Assembly (NCBI GenBank): GCA_964016885.1
Contig: OZ024755.1
Location: 9,114,001-9,178,000 of the forward strand
Reading direction: 5' to 3'
Source of the DNA: Eledone cirrhosa
Taxonomy: Eukaryota
DNA: 64,000 nucleotides
Shown: piece by piece, positions 31,040-44,677 of the stretch
How positions within the stretch are numbered: position 1 is the first letter of the stretch
Layout: the number at the start of each line of letters is the position of its first letter
Made by a program: the position numbers and the translations under genes
The notes under the pieces: generated by a model
What the model was told of the DNA's origin: nothing
The model's input: only the letters and a program-made list of their open reading frames with translations
The model's database searches: none

Positions 31040-31216
31040 ATTATCATTGGCAGAAGAAAGATGAGAGAGTGAGAGAAAGAGAGAGAGAGAATGAGAGAAA
31101 GAGAGAGAGAGAGTGAGAGAAAGAGAGAAAGAGAGAGAGAGAGAGAATTTGAGAGGAAGATAAAGAAGGGGGTCAGTGCCTCACATTCACTTGAATACAA
31201 CACAGGCACACATTAA

Positions 31217-31810
31217 AGAAAGCCCACATACACACACATACTAACACTTACCAAGTACACTCACATAGACGCACACATCCAAGCAAGCCTTTCCTCACAC
31301 ACACATAGTAACGCTTCCAAATGCACACACATATACACGCAAACATCCAAAAAGCCCACATACACACACATACTAACGCTTAACAAGTACACACATGCAA
31401 CCAAGAAAGCCCACATACACACACATATACACACATACATCCAAGAAAGCCCACATACACACACATACTAACACTTAACAAGTACACACACATATACACA
31501 CATACATCCAAGAAAGCCCACATACACACACATACTAACGCTTAACAAGTACACACATATATACACACATACATCTAAGAAAGCCCACATACACACACAT
31601 ACTAACACTTAACAAGTACACTCACATATACACTCGTACATCCAAGAATGCCCACCTACACATACATACTAACACTTACAAGTACACACACATAGACACA
31701 CATACATCCAAGCAAGCCTTTCCTCGCACACACATACTAATACTTACGTGCATACACACACACTGATCGAAGCAAGCCCACCACTTACACATATACTAAT
31801 ACTTACATGC
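31217..31810. repeat. ~58-67-bp CA-rich minisatellite
   Basis: Recurring CATCCAAGAAAGCCCACATACACACACATACTAACACTTAACAAGTACAC. Confidence 0.85.
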
Positions 31811-32041
31811 ACACACACACACACAATTAGACACACACATTTAAATAAGGTCCATTCATATATACACATACAGATACATGTATACACACACATTTAGATA
31901 AGGTCTATACATACAAGCATACACACACACACACAAAACACACACACACACTCAGACACACATATTTAAATAAGGTCCATACATATATACACATACACAT
32001 ACATGCATACACACACATTTAAATAAGGTCCATAATATACA

Positions 32042-32081
<40 letters not shown>

Positions 32082-32217
32082 GTTTGCATGAAACTACATA
32101 ATGCTGACACAATATGAAACAATATTGTCATAGACGTATTTCTCCTAACAACAACAACAAAAGACATTCGCAGAGATATTGGAATCAGAATTGTCATTAC
32201 TACTTTCAACATTATCA

Positions 32218-32362
32218 TCACCACTCCCACCATCACCTCTACCACCATCACCACTACCACCATCACCACTACCACCATCACCACTACCACCATCACCACT
32301 CCCACGATCACCACTACCACCATCACCACTCCCACCATCACCACTACCCCCATCACCACTGA
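32218..32362. repeat. 15-bp tandem repeat (CCACCATCACCACTA)n
   Basis: Direct reading. Confidence 0.85.
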
Positions 32363-32419
32363 CAAGCCTCACCCCAAGCACTAACACTACCACCACTATC
32401 ACAAGCAACCTCACCACCA

Positions 32420-32505
<86 letters not shown>

Positions 32506-32537
32506 TTATATATAGATATATATAGATATATATATAT

Positions 32538-32594
<57 letters not shown>

Positions 32595-32653
32595 GTCCCA
32601 GAGATTATACACACTTTTATTTTATTAGAATGGTATATTGCATATATATATAG

Positions 32654-32686
<33 letters not shown>

Positions 32687-32691
<5 letters not shown>

Positions 32692-32893
32692 AAAAGGTAT
32701 GACCCCGACGGCAGAGCTCAAGCCGTTTCGACGGGTATTTCTAGACCTAGATCTGGGTCTAGAAATAGCCGTCGAAACGGCTTCAGCTCTGCCATCGGGG
32801 TCATACTTTTTCCTATTACCCATTCTGCTACCCTAAATATTGAGTACTCTGGTGCGTTATGGTCCATCTGGTTCCTTACCACAATTCCTTCGT

Positions 32894-32894
<1 letters not shown>
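32687..32894 (+). mobile_element. TA-inserted fold-back element copy A (130-bp palindrome + ~80-bp tail); Penelope-like pLTR derivative
   Basis: Inverted repeat 32687-32816 whose arm reads GAA-ACGGC-loop-GCCGT-C-GGGGT (hammerhead 3' half); shared tail; (TA)n on both sides. Confidence 0.75.
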
Positions 32895-32973
<79 letters not shown>

Positions 32974-32977
32974 TGTC

Positions 32978-33075
<98 letters not shown>

Positions 33076-34387
33076 TATATATATTAAACAATGAAAGGAT
33101 GAAAATGAAATACAAGATGAAGTATTCCTCCATTGTGTTACGGTCTTTTCAGAGGGGCAGGAGTATCGATGTGCAGACTAATCGATGGCTGTTATGTAAC
33201 TCCATATCATCAACCAGTTGAACGCACATATACTCTGCTGTTTATTCCCATGGGACTTTTGCCCTGAAAGTTAACAGTTCGATCACAAAGATGATCGATA
33301 AAATAAGTCCCAGGGCCGATATGATCGACTAAATTAAATCGAAATGATCCAACTAATCTAGGGTTTCCCGGTCTGGGCAATATCACACACTGGGGGATGG
33401 TGATACCGTATTTTGGTTGGGCGACGATCAACTGAACAATGGTGGGCAATTGGAGATTTTGGTTAAAGATTTCTGGTATTAAGAAGGTATTTCAACATCT
33501 GCTACCAGAAAAATATATATTCAAGGGAGATATGCTAAAAACCTGTGTAAAATGACTGCTTGTGTGTGTTTAAGTTTGTGTATGTGTAAGTGTATGTATG
33601 TACAAGTTCACTGCATGTGTGTGTATCAGTGTGTACCTGTGTAAGTGTGCATTTGTTAGTGTGTGTGTGTATGTACATATATGTGTGTGAATGTTTCACC
33701 GCATATGTGTGTATATGAGTGTGTGTATGTACATGTATGTGTTTATGTTTTACTTCATCTGTATGTATGTGTGGTGTAAATGAGTGTGTGTATGTGTACA
33801 TGTATGTGTATATGTACATGTATGTGTATATGTACATGTATGTGTGTTTATGTTTCACTTCATCTGTATGTATGTGTGCGTAAATGAGTGTGTGTGTGTG
33901 CATCTACATGTATGTGTGTTTATGTTTCATCTGTGTGTATGTACATGTAAGTGTGAATATGTACATGTAAGTGTGTATGTGTGTATGAGTGTGTGTGTAT
34001 GTGTGTATGAGTGTGTGTGTGTGTATGTACGTGTATGTGTATGTGTGTATGAATGTGTGTTTATGTGTGTATGAGTGTGTGTGTGTGTATGTACGTGTAT
34101 GTGTATATGTGTATGTGTGTTTCTGTTTGACTGCGTGTGATCTGGTTGGTAGAGAATGTAGGGAGTCGTTAGTCGTTTACATTCTATGGTCTGTGCCAAT
34201 GTACGGAATGACCGTGATATGCTCTCCTCTTTTGCACAGAACGCATCTTATATGAACTTAACTCTTCAAATATACTGGCTTCATCTCTTCAGCTCCTCTA
34301 ATTAATGTTACATTTGTCTTAACTAGTTTCCCCCTTTCATTTTCTCTCACTGACTCACTCACATACCCTCTCTTTCAAATACACACA

Positions 34388-34458
<71 letters not shown>

Positions 34459-34708
34459 ACAGAAACACACACACTCACTCTCTCTCTCTCTGTCTCTCTC
34501 TCCTGTTTCTGTACATGTGTGTGTGTATGTGTATAAATGTATGTGTAATCATACATATAATATCCATATGTAAACATTAAAACAAATGATGAAACAATTA
34601 TGAAATATATTAATATTATCCTTATCTTAATATAGACTTTAAATATATGACCTCTATTTATCTACCTATCTATCTATTTATCTGTCTATCTACACACACA
34701 CACACACA

Positions 34709-34816
<108 letters not shown>

Positions 34817-35072
34817 TAATTCAATGATATTAAATATATGGAAACTATATTTATAAAACCATATTTATTCTATTATATATTCTTATATATATATATATAA
34901 TATTCTTATATATATATATATAAGCAGAAGGGATATTCAATTTGTTGGTAATTCAACAAATATAAATGTTTATAACTGATTCAGAGCACTCGACAAGTTT
35001 TCTGGAGTATAATATTCAATGATATTAAATAAATGGAAACTATATTTATAAAATCATATGTATTCTATTATA

Positions 35073-35134
35073 TATTCTATTATATATATTTCAAGGGTAC
35101 CAAAAACTTTGGTACGCTTTCATCAGATAAAATA
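35073..35134 (-). ncRNA. Minimal type I hammerhead ribozyme (intact, AUA triplet)
   Basis: Minus strand: UAUUUUAU-CUGAUGA-AAG C GUACCAAA guu UUUGGUAC C CUU-GAA-AUAUAUAU-A-AUAGAAUA. 8-bp helix I, long helix II, palindromic helix III. Confidence 0.75.
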
Positions 35135-35262
35135 CAAAGTGTGTTTTATAAATTTTGACATAGCCAAGGAACATACCTTAACGGTTGAAGTTTTCCTTGG
35201 ATAGACTATCCAAAGAAAAGTTCAACCGTTAAGGTTTATCAAAATTTATAAAACACACTTTG

Positions 35263-35324
35263 TATTTTATCTGATGAAAGCGTACCAAAGTTTTTGGTAC
35301 CCTTAACATATATATAATAGAATA
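35263..35324 (+). ncRNA. Hammerhead copy with disrupted core (GAA->AAC)
   Basis: Mirror of 35073-35134, but CCTT-AAC-ATATATAT replaces CCTT-GAA-ATATATAT. Confidence 0.6.
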
Positions 35325-35504
35325 AATATGATTTTATAAATATAGTTTCCATTTATTTAATATCATTGAATATTATACTCCAGAAAACTTGTCGAGTGCT
35401 CTGAATCAGTTATAAACATTTATATTTGTTGAATTACCAACAAATTTAATATCCTTTCTGCTTATATATATATATATATATATATTCAAATTTATTATTA
35501 TTAC

Positions 35505-35607
<103 letters not shown>

Positions 35608-35682
35608 ACTGGAAGGTAATATCCGTCGTGGTAGAGCACTCAGTCCATGGGACGAGTTAGGTAAAAGTATAATCATGACCAT

Positions 35683-35725
35683 TACGAGCTGAGGATCCGC
35701 TAAGGTGAAACAATTGTTCTCGGTA
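35683..35725 (+). ncRNA. Minimal type I hammerhead ribozyme (intact core, GUU triplet)
   Basis: UACGAG-CUGAGGA-U CC gcuaa GG U-GAA-ACAAUUGU-U-CUCG(G)UA. Palindromic helix III; lies in a ~150-bp insert between (GA)n and (TA)n. Confidence 0.7.
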
Positions 35726-35755
35726 TCGTGAACTAACAGTTGTGTTACCACTTAT

Positions 35756-35798
<43 letters not shown>

Positions 35799-36040
35799 AA
35801 ACTGTTTTTAAAAAGGGTTTTAAATGCACACCTGGTATATATATATATATATATACAATATATACATTTTTAACATCAATTTTTGTATATATACCAGTTG
35901 TGCTTTTCAAACACTTTATTTTTTTTTAAATCATTTTCCTTATGTAACGTAATCTATATAGAACATTTTTTGACGTCCACAACTTTTTTCACTAAACATA
36001 TATATATATTATATATATATATGTGTGCGCGTGTGTGTGC

Positions 36041-36131
<91 letters not shown>

Positions 36132-36635
36132 CAGTTTTGTAGATATTTACACAAATACATTGTTTGTAAGCCTCAGCTGCAATAAGAAGATTAGACTTCC
36201 AAACAGCAAGATGTTAAAAGACATGCATATGCAAACACATCTTACCAACAAAATGTGTGAATAAAAAATACCAGAGAGCGAACACAAATGCAAACAGACA
36301 CAGAGAAAAACCAGAAAAATCTTTAAATACATAAGAACATCAAAGTAACACAAAGTCTGTTGAAAAGTATCTGTCTTCATTTTTTTCCCCCGTGGAAAGT
36401 AGTGATGGTAGGGACACAAAAGCGAGCAGAGTAGAGTGGCTTTTGCCGAGCTCGTTAAATGTGTGCAGGAACAAGGGACCTGTGCTCGAAGCAATCATGC
36501 ATGCTCACACTATGTCTTCTCAAAGTGGGAGCCTTTCATTTTGAGGAACAGTTAGGTCAGATGAAACCATATCTGGAGAGTAAGGATCTTGGCCAATGAG
36601 CAAAATGCCTTTCTTTGCCAGGAAACATTGTTTCA

Positions 36636-36778
36636 TTTTTTTAAAATCATTTCTCTTGAATGAAACAGTTCAGTTCTAATCCTGTCGAAGACCTGTCTAT
36701 ATTAAACATGATGTTTACACTCTACTATTGAGTACCTTACTTACTGTGGTTACCCCCGATTGAACCCGGGTCCCACAT
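36636..36778 (+). mobile_element. Decayed hammerhead-bearing insert related to 54453-54643
   Basis: TTTC-TCTT-GAAT-GAA-ACAG...CTGT-C-GAAGAC parallels 54517-54554. The CUGAUGA box is lost; the ACTCTAC..TATTGAGTACC tail is shared; ends at (TA)n. Confidence 0.45.
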
Positions 36779-36803
36779 ATATATATATCAATATATATAT
36801 AGT

Positions 36804-36842
<39 letters not shown>

Positions 36843-37237
36843 TATATCCATCATTTATCTATCAGCAACGCCACCCTACTAAACTCCTCCTCTACCATCC
36901 CCCCCCCTCCCCCAACCATCGTAAACACACCACTAACAGCGTTATTATGCCTTTATCTATCTTCTCCCTGTTCCTCACAGTACCACCATTATCATATTTG
37001 CCACCACCAATAGCAATACCACAACTAATACCGCTATTAACACCTTAGCTACTACTACCACCATAATTACCACTACCCTTACTATTACTAACAGTATTAC
37101 CACTATCATTAATATTTCTACACCAATTATCAGCTTACTTACTACAACTACTACCACTACATTGAACACCGCGTCTACTAACCTTCCAACAGTACTACTA
37201 AAGCACCACCATCATTAGTACTAATAACCCGCCTTTA

Positions 37238-37600
37238 AGGTTAACTTTACCTTGCATCCTTACAGCGTCGATAAAATAAAGTACCAGTAATGTACTGGGA
37301 TAATTGCTGGCCTTGTGCCAAAAGTAGAAACAATTATTACTACCTTTCAAAGGCAAAGCCGAGGTTAACTTTGCTTTTCATCCTTACAGCGTCGATAAAA
37401 TAAAGTACCAGTAATGTACTGGGATAATTGCTGGCCTTGTGCCAAAAGTAGAAACAATTATTACTACCTTTCAAAGGCAAAGCCGAGGTTAACTTTGCTT
37501 TTCATCCTTACGAAGTCGATAAAATAAAGTACCAGTAATACTCTGAAGTCGATTTAATCCACCCCAGAATCGCTTGCCTTGTGCCTAATTCAGAAGCCAT
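37238..37600 (+). mobile_element. Tandem array (124-bp period) of 5'-truncated family A SINE
   Basis: AGGTTAACTTT starts at 37238, 37362 and 37486. Confidence 0.85.
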
Positions 37601-38320
37601 TATTACCACCGTCTCCATTACCCTCACCACAATTACCACCACCTCTATTGCTACTATTACCACTACTAACCCACCGTCGCCACTATCATTACCATCTCTA
37701 TTACCACCACAACTTACCCCCTCACTATTACCATCACTTTAACAACTTCTACCCCACCGCCCCCTCCATTTTGTCCCAGTATATATATATATATATATTT
37801 TTTTTTATTATATATCTATATTTTTGTTAGTCCTAAACAACTAAAATTAGACATAAAATGAATTCTCCCTCCCCACTCAACCGTCCCTTCTCACTCGACC
37901 GTCCCTTCTGTACGTTGGTGGGGGGGGGGGCGTGGTATGTGTATCTGTGTGTCTATGTGTGTGTGTGAGAGAGAGAGTGTGTCTATCAGTGTGTATGTCT
38001 CAGTGTGTATGTTTGTATGTGTGTGTATTACATCGTCACATATTCACCAAAGCACCTTCATCTTTATCCCTTAAATATATAAACGTGTGTATAAGTGCGT
38101 GTGCATGATGAGTATACGTGAGTGTATCTGTGTGTATTCGTGTGAGTATGACTATGTGTGGGAGCTTCTGTGTGTAGGGAGGTAGAAGTGGGTCCAACAC
38201 GGTTCCTTCATCTGTTTTAAAAGGGATCACTATTTGAAATGTTTTGTCTAACACACTCTAACACATTCTCGTCTGAGTGCAAATAAAATGCTAGTCATGT
38301 TAACACTCTCACTGCTCCTC

Positions 38321-38356
<36 letters not shown>

Positions 38357-39847
38357 TTATCTATCTATCTATGTTTCTATCTGTCTGTCTATCTATTTAT
38401 CTACCTGTCTGCCTATCTGTCCACCTATATATCTATTTTTCTATATATCTATATATCTATTTATTTATCTATCCATACGACCATCCATCTATGTCGTAGT
38501 AAGCTGGACTCTCAACTAATTAAAGTAGTCTCTCAACTATGAACAGAATACAGTGCATGAGAGGCTATACGATTGCATCAACTATGAATCTCTAAAACTC
38601 CGAGACGAGCCAGTGAGTGAGCTCCTGTGTAATCACGTGGTGTGCTAGAAATAGCACCCAAGTCTTCCTTAAATCATATCATACCAGTTTTTGACAAAAT
38701 AAAAGAAGAAAGGGAAGGACGTGTGTGATAATGTCGTCCTACATATAAATGCCTGAAAATAGTTGATGATGGTGGTGGTGGTGGGATCACGGTTAGGATG
38801 TCTTTGATGAAAGGTTTACTCAGCGACAACAACATCAACAATAACATGAATCCCAAGAGAGATTTCTAGACCTGATTCGGTAGACCTATGATCAAAGGAA
38901 TTCCAGCTGTAACAATCATTTTGTTATTTGTTTCTTTGTTTTGTTTTGTTTTGTTTTTAAAATATAATCATCTAGGACTACATTAATCAACCTATCCTTT
39001 TTTTAAGTTAGTAGTGTGGTGATTTGAGGGAGAATTGGCTGGTGTTTCTAGCAGTCTGACTGACCATGAACAAGCCTCAAAAAAATATATTTCGAGATAC
39101 ATGTAGAAAATTGTAGAAAGACTTAATATCTCAACGACGTTTCATAGAATAAACCTGAGCCAGATGTCATTGAGACCTCCGTTGTCCTCGGTTCCTGGAT
39201 TGCAGTTTTCCTCTGCCAAATCTGGAAGAGATTATCCTCTCTGAGGAAAGAGCCCCGTGAAATGGTATGACTGATGCAACGGGTGCCACTGGCCGTTCTC
39301 CATGGCAATACTTTCCCCATCTTGTCAACGGGATGAGCCAATAGTGTAGAAGATGACTACCCACAACTCCCACCCACCATTCTTTGCGTTTATGTTTTCC
39401 CCTCCACACTTTTTTCTCTTATTTCTTTCTTCCTGTTTGTAAATATACACAACTGATTATGAATTTTGATTTAATTTGGAAAATATTTTTTATCTAAAAT
39501 CATTGTTTGAAACAAAGTATTTTAAGTATAGAATAATTTTCAGTTCCAATCACAATATGCAAGTACTGGGATGGATTTCACCAACATTACCCATCCCCCA
39601 AATTTGTTGGTCTTCTACTTAAATTAGAAATCAGTTTTTATTAACCATGTATGTTCAAAACAACACAATTTACCTCCCACACTTATAAACTCATTGATGA
39701 AAAGACGAGGTACTGTAGAAAGAAACTTCTGGTGTCTATCAATCACTCAGTCAGCCTGTCCATCAGTCTATCTGTCGATCTGTCTGTCTGTCAGTCTCTC
39801 AGTCAGCCTGTGTATCTGTCTGTCTGTCCATATGTCTATCTGTCTGT

Positions 39848-40280
39848 AGTTCAGTTATATACTCTGTGGTTCAGTCATATATTCTGTAGTTCTGTCATAT
39901 ATTCTGTGGCTCAGTCAATTATTCAGTGGTTCAGTCAGATACTCTGTGGTTCAAACATATAAACAGTGAATCAGTCATATACTCTGTGGTTCAGTCATAT
40001 ATTCTGTGGTTTAATCATATATACTGTGGTTCAGTCATATATTCTGTGGTTTAATCATATATACTGTGGTTCAGTCATATTTTCTGTGGCTCAGTCAATT
40101 ATTTAGTGGTTCAGTCAGATACTCTGTGGTTCAAACATATAAACAGTGAATCAGTCAGATATTCTGTGGTTCAGTTATATACTCTGTAGTTCAGTCATAT
40201 ACTCTGTGGTTCAGTCATATATTCTGTGGTTTAATCATATATACTGTACTTCAGTATTATATTCTGTGGCTCAGTCATAT
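39848..40280. repeat. 20-bp minisatellite (TCTGTGGTTCAGTCATATAT)n with a 180-bp higher-order duplication
   Basis: Variant block 39901-39980 recurs at 40081-40160. Confidence 0.9.
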
Positions 40281-40958
40281 ATATTTTTATCTTTCTTGAT
40301 TTTTAAAAGCATACGACAGCCTAATTGAAAAGTCTCTAATATCTAGCATCCTGTTCTCATCAAGAAACGGAGTTGTTTAATTATTTGAATCCTTATCTCT
40401 CAACTCTGCATGAATTTCCTTTAATATTACGGCACCACCGCTTCAACAAACTGAACACCCCGCCATATCTCACTCCTCATCACACCATGAGGATTGCTTG
40501 AGCATGATGTTGATGTCATTGTATATGTATGTATTTGTGTACTTCTATACATGTATGTGTGTAAGCATGTATGTATGTATTCATGTATGTATGCATATAT
40601 AAGTATGTAATTATATATGGATTTGTGTGTATATATTTATACATGTATGTATGTGTATTGCTGTGTATGTAGATTCCTATTTGTATGTATAATTATATAC
40701 AAGTGTTTATTTATTGCTGAGAGAGAGTGTGTGTGTATTCGTGTATATACGCGAGTGGCTGTGTATGTATATTCATGTGTATATGTAGTATATGTATATA
40801 TTTGTGTATTTCATTATTCAGTAAGGTGAAGAAACAACTGTTGCGTTAGGAGAAGACTTGAATGAGAGATCTAGAATCTAGATATAGCTGGTATATACTT
40901 ACATATATGCACTCTCTTTCTGTCTCTCTTACCCTGGCTCTTCACATATGTTATATAT

Positions 40959-41182
40959 ATAGGAAAAAGTATGACCCCCGACGGCAGAGCTCAAGCCGTT
41001 TCGTCGTCTATTTCTGAACGGAAATAGCCGTCGTTCTGAGTCCAGAAATAGCCGTCGAAACGGCTTGAGCTCTGTCGTCGGGGTCATACTTTTTCCTATT
41101 TCCCACTCTACTACCCTAAGCTTAAGTATTGAGTACTCTGGTGCGTTATGGTCCATCTGGTTCCTTACCACAACTCCTTCGT

Positions 41183-41183
<1 letters not shown>
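40959..41183 (+). mobile_element. TA-inserted fold-back element copy B
   Basis: Palindrome 40959-41099 with an internally duplicated centre, plus the shared tail. Confidence 0.75.
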
Positions 41184-41214
<31 letters not shown>

Positions 41215-41361
41215 AAAGAATAGAGGTGTAACACACAAGTTATAATATATTGGTAAACGGAATAGAAAATGCTGACAAATTGTTCAGAGTGAAAAATAGT
41301 TTAATTAGGAATAAGTGAGAATTAGTAATAGTATTGGTTAGTATTCAGTTTTGGTTTTTAG

Positions 41362-41397
41362 TTTTACCGGTTGCGCATTTCTAATGCTTTTCAAAAA
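41362..41397 (-). ncRNA. Hammerhead variant with U3-A8 core and an A13C lesion
   Basis: Minus strand: UUU-UUGAAAA-GCAUU aga AAUGC-GCA-ACCGGU-A-AAA; within an insert between (TA)n arrays. Confidence 0.5.
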
Positions 41398-41482
41398 TAA
41401 TTTTGAGATAGAGTGTCCGTGATGTTTGCCAAGTATAACAACATTTGTTTCGACACACGATTTCATATCAAAACCCTTACAA

Positions 41483-41525
<43 letters not shown>

Positions 41526-41526
<1 letters not shown>

Positions 41527-41718
41527 ACGAAGGAAATGTGGTAAGGAACCAGATGGACCATAACGCACCAAAGTACTCAATACTTAGGGTAATAGAGTGG
41601 GTAATAGGAACGAGTAGGACCCCGACGGCTGAGCTCAAGCCGTTTCGACGGGTAATTCTGGACTCAGAATTAGCTGTCGAAACGGCTTGAGCTCAGCCAT
41701 CGGGGTCCTACTCGTTCC

Positions 41719-41721
<3 letters not shown>
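41526..41721 (-). mobile_element. TA-inserted fold-back element copy C (variant subfamily)
   Basis: Tail 41526-41603 and palindrome 41604-41721; both arms carry GGAACGAGTAGG in place of GGAAAAAGTATG. Confidence 0.75.
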
Positions 41722-41800
<79 letters not shown>

Positions 41801-41963
41801 GGCTCCTACAGGGCTCACATATATATATATATACATTCAAAAATACATAATCATTCTCCGGATCAGACTGATGAGCTGGATGGTGGCAGGACTAAATTCC
41901 AATGCACTTTATGAAACAAAACATGCAATGTTTTACATTCCTCCCTCTCTCTCTCTCTCTGTA

Positions 41964-42016
<53 letters not shown>

Positions 42017-42017
42017 A

Positions 42018-42122
<105 letters not shown>

Positions 42123-42154
42123 ATGTATACATATATATGTTTATGTAGACATAC

Positions 42155-42189
<35 letters not shown>

Positions 42190-42713
42190 TGTATGTATGT
42201 ATGTATACGTGCGTGAAATAGCCCAAACAGATATAGACACAAACTCATGTCTTAAAGTGTTTACCAAATACAGAGGGTGGTGGGAGACACATTTTCTAGA
42301 AATCCGTTGTCAGGATCTCCATTCCAATGTCACTCAGTGTCTTGAACAGCTGTTTTTGGTGTTTGTACCAAATGCACTTATAGTAATAGAACTAACTTTC
42401 ACTCGCATACCCCGGAGTTTTCTTAGTTCTTTGTGCAAATATAGATACTTCTCAACCATTTTTTGTTTCTTTACTTTCAACACTGTTATCTTTTGGAATT
42501 GCAAAAATATATAATCTGATCATATAAGATCTTTACTCTTCTACCATATATGGTAATTTGCACTGAGAAATTTCATGGACCTTATAAGCATCATTCTCGT
42601 TAACCGTTTCGGTTTCTTCATACTATCACGCCTTCTTGGTATTCTTTTGTTATTAACTATCTACATACATATATAAATATATCAATTACCGATGACATTA
42701 ATACAGCTTGCTG

Positions 42714-42897
42714 GCGGTGAATTGGCAGTATCGGTAGAGGGTCGGACATACTTTCCAGCATAGTTACGTCCCTTTACGTTCTGAGTTCAAATCCCGCCGA
42801 GGTTAACTTTGCCTTTCATCCATACTGAGTCGATAAAATAAAGTACCAGTAATGTACTGGATAATTGCTGGCCTTGTGCCAAAAGTAGAAACAATTA
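42714..42897 (+). mobile_element. Family A SINE with 17-bp TSD
   Basis: ATTAATACAGCTTGCTG at 42697-42713 and 42894-42910. Confidence 0.88.
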
Positions 42898-42927
42898 ATA
42901 CAGCTTGCTGAAGAATAAAGGCTTATA

Positions 42928-43165
42928 CTTCTTCTTCTTCTTCTTCTTCTTCTTCCAATTATTCCTGAGAGGGTCGTGGGGGCAGAATCCCTAAATCGCA
43001 CCTATCAGCGGGTCCTGTCAGAAGCAACCGTTTTCAACTGATCCAGCTGGATCCCCAAGTGAGACCAGATCAAGCTCGTGGATTTTATCTAACCATCTAG
43101 CTCCAGGTCTACGCTTGGGTCTCCTGTCGGTTGGTTTTCCCTGTAAAATCTGCCCAGCGATTCTT
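42928..43165 (-). mobile_element. RTE (Expander/Rex3-like) LINE 3' end with (GAA)n tail
   Basis: Minus strand translates ILQGKPTDRRPKRRPGARWLDKI.. / WSHLGIQLDQLKTVASDR.. / LPPRPSQE* with frameshifts, followed by (GAA)n. Confidence 0.75.
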
Positions 43166-44295
43166 TCCTGAAACATATTTAGTTTCGCTTTAGTATAATT
43201 ACAGCTAAAATTCTTTTTTCAATATTCTTAACTCAGGGTTTCTGAATCTCTCTTCTGTATCTCTTCTTACTACTATCTTGAGAAGGAAAGTAGATTAGAG
43301 GTTAGAGGTATAGATTCGCAATCGGGAGGTTGCTAATTCGATTCCCGAACCGTGCGATGCGTTATATCCTTGAGCTAGGTTCCACTGTATGACTGTCTTT
43401 TCATCCTACTTCAATGAATACACCCAGATTTCCCCCACTGGCTTCCCTTTGATACATTTATCGTATAATTGTCAATACAGAATTAAATTTAAATATTTCT
43501 GATGAACATTGTAAACGATTATATCGCCGGCTCAGCTCTTTATTTCAATTAGGGAAATGAATAAATTTATTCCTGACTGTTAGACAATTGATTCGTTTCT
43601 TAACGTATCACTAGGTAGTAATCTGGCTTGCCCTTTCGTAATATATATACACCAAGGAAGTCTCGTCAACATAACTGATGAAAATGAATCACCTTGAAAA
43701 ATTTCCTTTCTCTATCTCACTTTCACTCAACACATTCTACCAGACGACATCACGATCCGCCAGAATCGTATAGTTGCCTCAATAACATTCTATTTATTAT
43801 TAACACCTAAAACCTTCAGACATTCCAGTATTCAAGAACGGGGGATCATATACCTTAGGGTACTTAATCATTATTACATCTTACTATTTATTACTTTCTA
43901 AAGCAGCAATCTGTCAATGTACAGCAAGTCACCCGTTGCCTATGCTTTCCTTCTGCATTCTTTCTGACTTTCTAATATACCAGGAGAAGATGGTTTATTT
44001 ATATATACACAACATATGCACCATATATATATAGTTTCATTATGTATGAACCGTGTCAGTAGTTTCCGCAACAATGGGATTTAGGTGCTTGTGTTTTAGT
44101 AACTCACAGCACTTTTTCATATCAATCTATTTAAGAACGTTCGGAGTTTTACTTGTCTGGCAAATTACTTCATCTGAGACCGTGTGTAGAAACTAAAACG
44201 ATAACGGCGTATTAGACTGGTTTTAGCCATTTAAAAGCACGTAAAAATCTGATTTGGAACGGTTTGGAACTGTTTCAGTGACACCAAGAGATAAA

Positions 44296-44354
<59 letters not shown>

Positions 44355-44432
44355 GGGAGGGTCATGTTGTCCTAATATTGTCAAAAATATATTTTTCAAC
44401 ACACGATTTCCTATCAAAAACCTTGCAAAACA

Positions 44433-44477
<45 letters not shown>

Positions 44478-44603
44478 ATGAGTGTGTGTGGGGTGGGTGG
44501 GGAGGTCAACTTTGCCTTTCATCGATTCCAGATCAATAATAAAACTACCAGTCACAAGTACTGGGGTCGATTCTTCTTCTTCTATATCTCTTTCTCACTT
44601 ATG

Positions 44604-44677
<74 letters not shown>

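Larger units (their letters stand above)
34920..35465. mobile_element. ~545-bp near-perfect palindrome inserted in (TA)n, each arm carrying a hammerhead motif
   Basis: Arms TAAGCAGAAGGGATATT... and ...AATATCCTTTCTGCTTA are reverse complements; centre GGATAG-A-CTATCC at ~35205. Confidence 0.85.

Noticed and set aside
39235-39275. CTGAGGA...GAAA
   Set aside because: No helices.
39848-40280. Regular repeats as a CRISPR-like array
   Set aside because: Head-to-tail units without unique spacers; eukaryotic minisatellite.
43670-43712. CTGATGA...GAA-AAATTT-C
   Set aside because: Helices I and II do not pair; not in a TA context; probably chance.
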